A stretch of 63,441 nucleotides of DNA, counting the filler, from Sphacelaria rigidula (lineage: Eukaryota), in NCBI GenBank assembly GCA_964200075.2. It is 9 parts of 9 records of this genome, joined end to end, with 100 filler letters (N's around TTAATTAATTAA, not from the genome) between each part and the next. Parts side by side here need not be neighbours in the genome. Positions count along the whole stretch, not along the records: positions 56,482 to 63,441 come from CAXNAA020017201.1; 8 more parts are not named here. The stretch is one strand, 5' to 3'. The position numbers and the translations under genes are program-made. Shown one piece after another: positions 60,597 through 63,441 of the stretch; the stretch's first letter is position 1, and every line of letters starts with the position of its first letter. The notes below the pieces were generated by a model. That model saw nothing but the letters and a program-made list of their open reading frames with translations, was not told the DNA's origin and did no database searches.

Positions 60597-63441
60597 CCCC
60601 AGTGTTCATCAAGGCGCGACGGTGCCTGTTGAACAGCGTGAATGGGAGCGGCTTTGTAAGAATATCGGCGTGTTGCCACTCCGAATCCACATGAACAATC
60701 CTTACTGCTCCCGTCCTAACCAAGTCCCTAATAAAATGTCACCTCACGTCGATGTGCTTACTTCGACCTGAGCTGAGAGGGTTGTCGGCTAGAGCCTTAG
60801 CCCCCTCATTGTCTTCATAGAGAACAATATCGTATTCTACTTGTCGTCCCAACACGACCTTCGGTCGTAGGAAAGACAGTACCGACCTGACAAACATGCA
60901 TTCTTTCGCCCCTTCCGCCATAGCTACGTACTCGGCCTCGGTGGTTGACAGGGTAACGCAGTGTTGCGTTCGACTAGTACTTGATACTGCTATTCCCCCG
61001 TACATGACAGCTACACCGGAAACTGACCGCCGGTCTGTATCTTTCTTCGCGTAATCAGCATCACAATAAACTGCGAGCCTACTCTCCCCTGAACTAAAAG
61101 TAAGACCGTAGTTTCTGGTCGTGTTGAGGTACGCCAGAACTTTTAACACCCCTCGCCAGTGCCTTTCACATGAGTCATGTGATTGTCGGGCCAGGTCTCG
61201 GGCTGCATTTGCTATGTAAGGCCCGGTCACCCCAACTAACCGCATCAAACCTCCCACGGCACTCCGGTATGGTCTATCCAAAACCTTGTCCCCTCGCTTC
61301 ACCGGTCCCAAATCTGCAGACACTGATGCGGGAATATCAGAAAATTCCGTAACCTCGAAACGCTTCAGCATGGTGTCGACAAAAGTCGTCTGATTCACGA
61401 ACATGGTACCTCTTTTCCAATTCCTCTCTATGGCACACCCCATATACCACTGGGCTTCACCCAAGTTGTTCGTCGGGAATCTGTCGTTGAGGATATTACA
61501 TACCGTCTCCACTCTTTTCGTCTCTCCCCCGATTAGAATGTCGTCCACGCTGCACAACAAGTATTACACACACTTCCCCCCTGTCCTCCAGTCTGTACAC
61601 ACACGGGTCAGCCTTACTTTGCGACATTTTTACATCCTCCACCAGGGTTTTGTTCAGGAGGAGGGACCATTGCCTTCCTGCTTGTTTTACTCCGTATATA
61701 GATTTTTCCAGCCTAACCGTGCTACCTGTCAGGGAGCCACAACCTTCTGGGAGCTTCATGAACACGTTCGTGTCCGTTTTGGCTCGTACAAAAGCCTGGG
61801 TAACGTCGAAGTGATAGAGTGGTCATCCTCTCTGTACTGCCACGGCCATGACCAATTTTATTGATGTCATGGCCGGGGTGGCTGCAAACGTCTCAAAATA
61901 ATCCACCGCGAATCTCTTACCAAACCCACGCGCCACTAATCTAGCTTTCGATTTAGTTACAGTACCATTAGTGTCAGTTTTCCAAGTGAACACCCATTTG
62001 GCTGTGATTATGTTTACTTTTTTTGGAATTTCTCCCTTTGAGAATGTACCTGCGGTTTCATGCCCATTTAGTTCTGCACGCATGACACTCAAACGTATTT
62101 CCTTGTATTCCGACTCTTCCATGCCTTTTACTGTTACGGGGGGAGTTTCCACATATCTCACGTGCAGACCGACGGGGGAACGCCAACCAAAACTGGGCTC
62201 CTCCTCCGTCCCGTTTTCGGCTGAAAAACAAAAGTACTCCTGCTCCGCAAAGGTCTCTTCGATCAGCATGGCCGCCCTGTCTCCCACCTCTGGTCCGGCT
62301 GCTGCAGTAATCAGCTCCGTCATCTCGCACTTATCCTCTGCCATTCCATACAGCACAGTCTTCAGTTGAGCTCTCGCCTGGCCTCGCAGCGTGCGAAGGA
62401 AAATCTCGTTTCTTTCCCTCGCCATCATTCTGTCCAGTTCATTCTCTGCCGCCGATGCTAGCTTGTTTTGGTCGGCTGCCGCTCTCGTAGCACTGCGCGT
62501 GCGACCTGCCATTTGTGGAGGCAGAGACAATTCATCGTCAAGTGCAAGACGGCGTAGCTCTGTCCTTGGGATTTCGGGAGCTCCACCGCCCCCCCCGTCG
62601 TTGCGCTCGGGGGTGTCTACGGTTGTTGGTGTTGTTGCTGTCGGCGTTGGCGGCGGCGTTGTTTCTGTCGGTGTCGGCGGCAGCGACGTTGCTGTCGGCG
62701 GCGGCGTTGCTTTTTGCGTCGGCGGCGGCGATGTTGCTGGCGGCGGCGATATGGCTGTCGGCAGCGATGTGGGGGGCGCTGACCCCCCGTCATCAATGAG
62801 ATGTCGGACAGGGTTGCGTAAAATCCCGTGCGCCCCCCCGCTTCTGGAAGGAAGCGTCGAGGTCATCTCACCCCCCCCCGCCAATAGCGGGGGTCTGTTG
62901 TGCCGCTTCTGCGTCTGGCTCTGGGTTGGGGAGCAAGAACGACACGTGCCGTGAACCACGGGGTGAAGCACGTGCTGCCGGAGTTTGGTGTTCCCCGGAC
63001 TCGCTGCCGGCCGTCCCTTCCTCGACCTTGTCATCTTTCGCTCCGTCGGGCGTCGGGATCGCTTGCTGTGGGGCAGGGAGAGGAGTAGGGGGGACATACA
63101 CCCATGTTACGTGCCTGGTCGTAATAGTTTGTCCTGTTTCCGTCATCACTCTCATGGCATCGCGCGGGTATCCTGGGGCTGGGCTAAGGTACCAGCACCT
63201 CTGAGCTTTTCGTTGTAACTTGTCTGTTCTCTGAACTCTACAAAATCCTGGCTTTAGAAAAGCAAGGAGGTTGTTTTCCGGTGGAACTCCGTGCCACATT
63301 TCGTGTGGCATCTTGTTTCCCGGGTTAGCCGAGGTCGCAGTACAGTTCAAAGCATGGCATGCCCAGTTAGCCTGTTCCGCCCACAGATTTTTGCTATTTG
63401 GGATGTTCTGGTTCGGGTACATCTCCGATGCCTGAATTTTG
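60597..63441 (-). mobile_element. Ty1/copia pol pseudogene (integrase C-terminus, RT, RNase H)
   Basis: WAEQANWACHALN; AKWVFTWK..KARLVARGF; KSIYGVKQAGRQW; VDDIL; YCDADYA; DNEGA; KHIDVR; ADILTKPL. Several stops and frameshifts. Confidence 0.95.

Overview
This window is not one contiguous locus. It is nine 6960-6961 bp fragments joined by an identical artificial 100-nt spacer (N-run/TTAATTAATTAA/N-run) with a period of 7060 nt. The DNA is eukaryotic and repeat-rich, and most likely from a brown alga (Phaeophyceae). That assignment is an inference from the GTGAG donors, long TE-filled introns, TTAGGG motifs and PTPAPT-repeat proteins. Host genes: a head-to-head pair (PPCDC/HAL3-type exon 1 on minus; sideroflexin exons 1-2 on plus) and a 3-exon partial gene for a Pro/Thr-repeat protein with a C2-like module. 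Most of the rest is transposon-derived: two decayed Ty1/copia elements, two decayed Ty3/gypsy elements, a possible DIRS/Ngaro-like gag, a 5'-truncated LINE, many LINE/SINE 3' ends and about ten MITE families. I see no tRNA, rRNA or CRISPR array, and no intact novel multi-gene system. The leads most worth checking are: an inverted array of IQ-motif-like units forming long hairpins; a 250-bp TIR element with 4-bp TSDs found twice, both times inside retrotransposon RT genes; an in-frame RT/RNaseH-deleted gypsy with a non-canonical PBS; and several long isolated hairpins.
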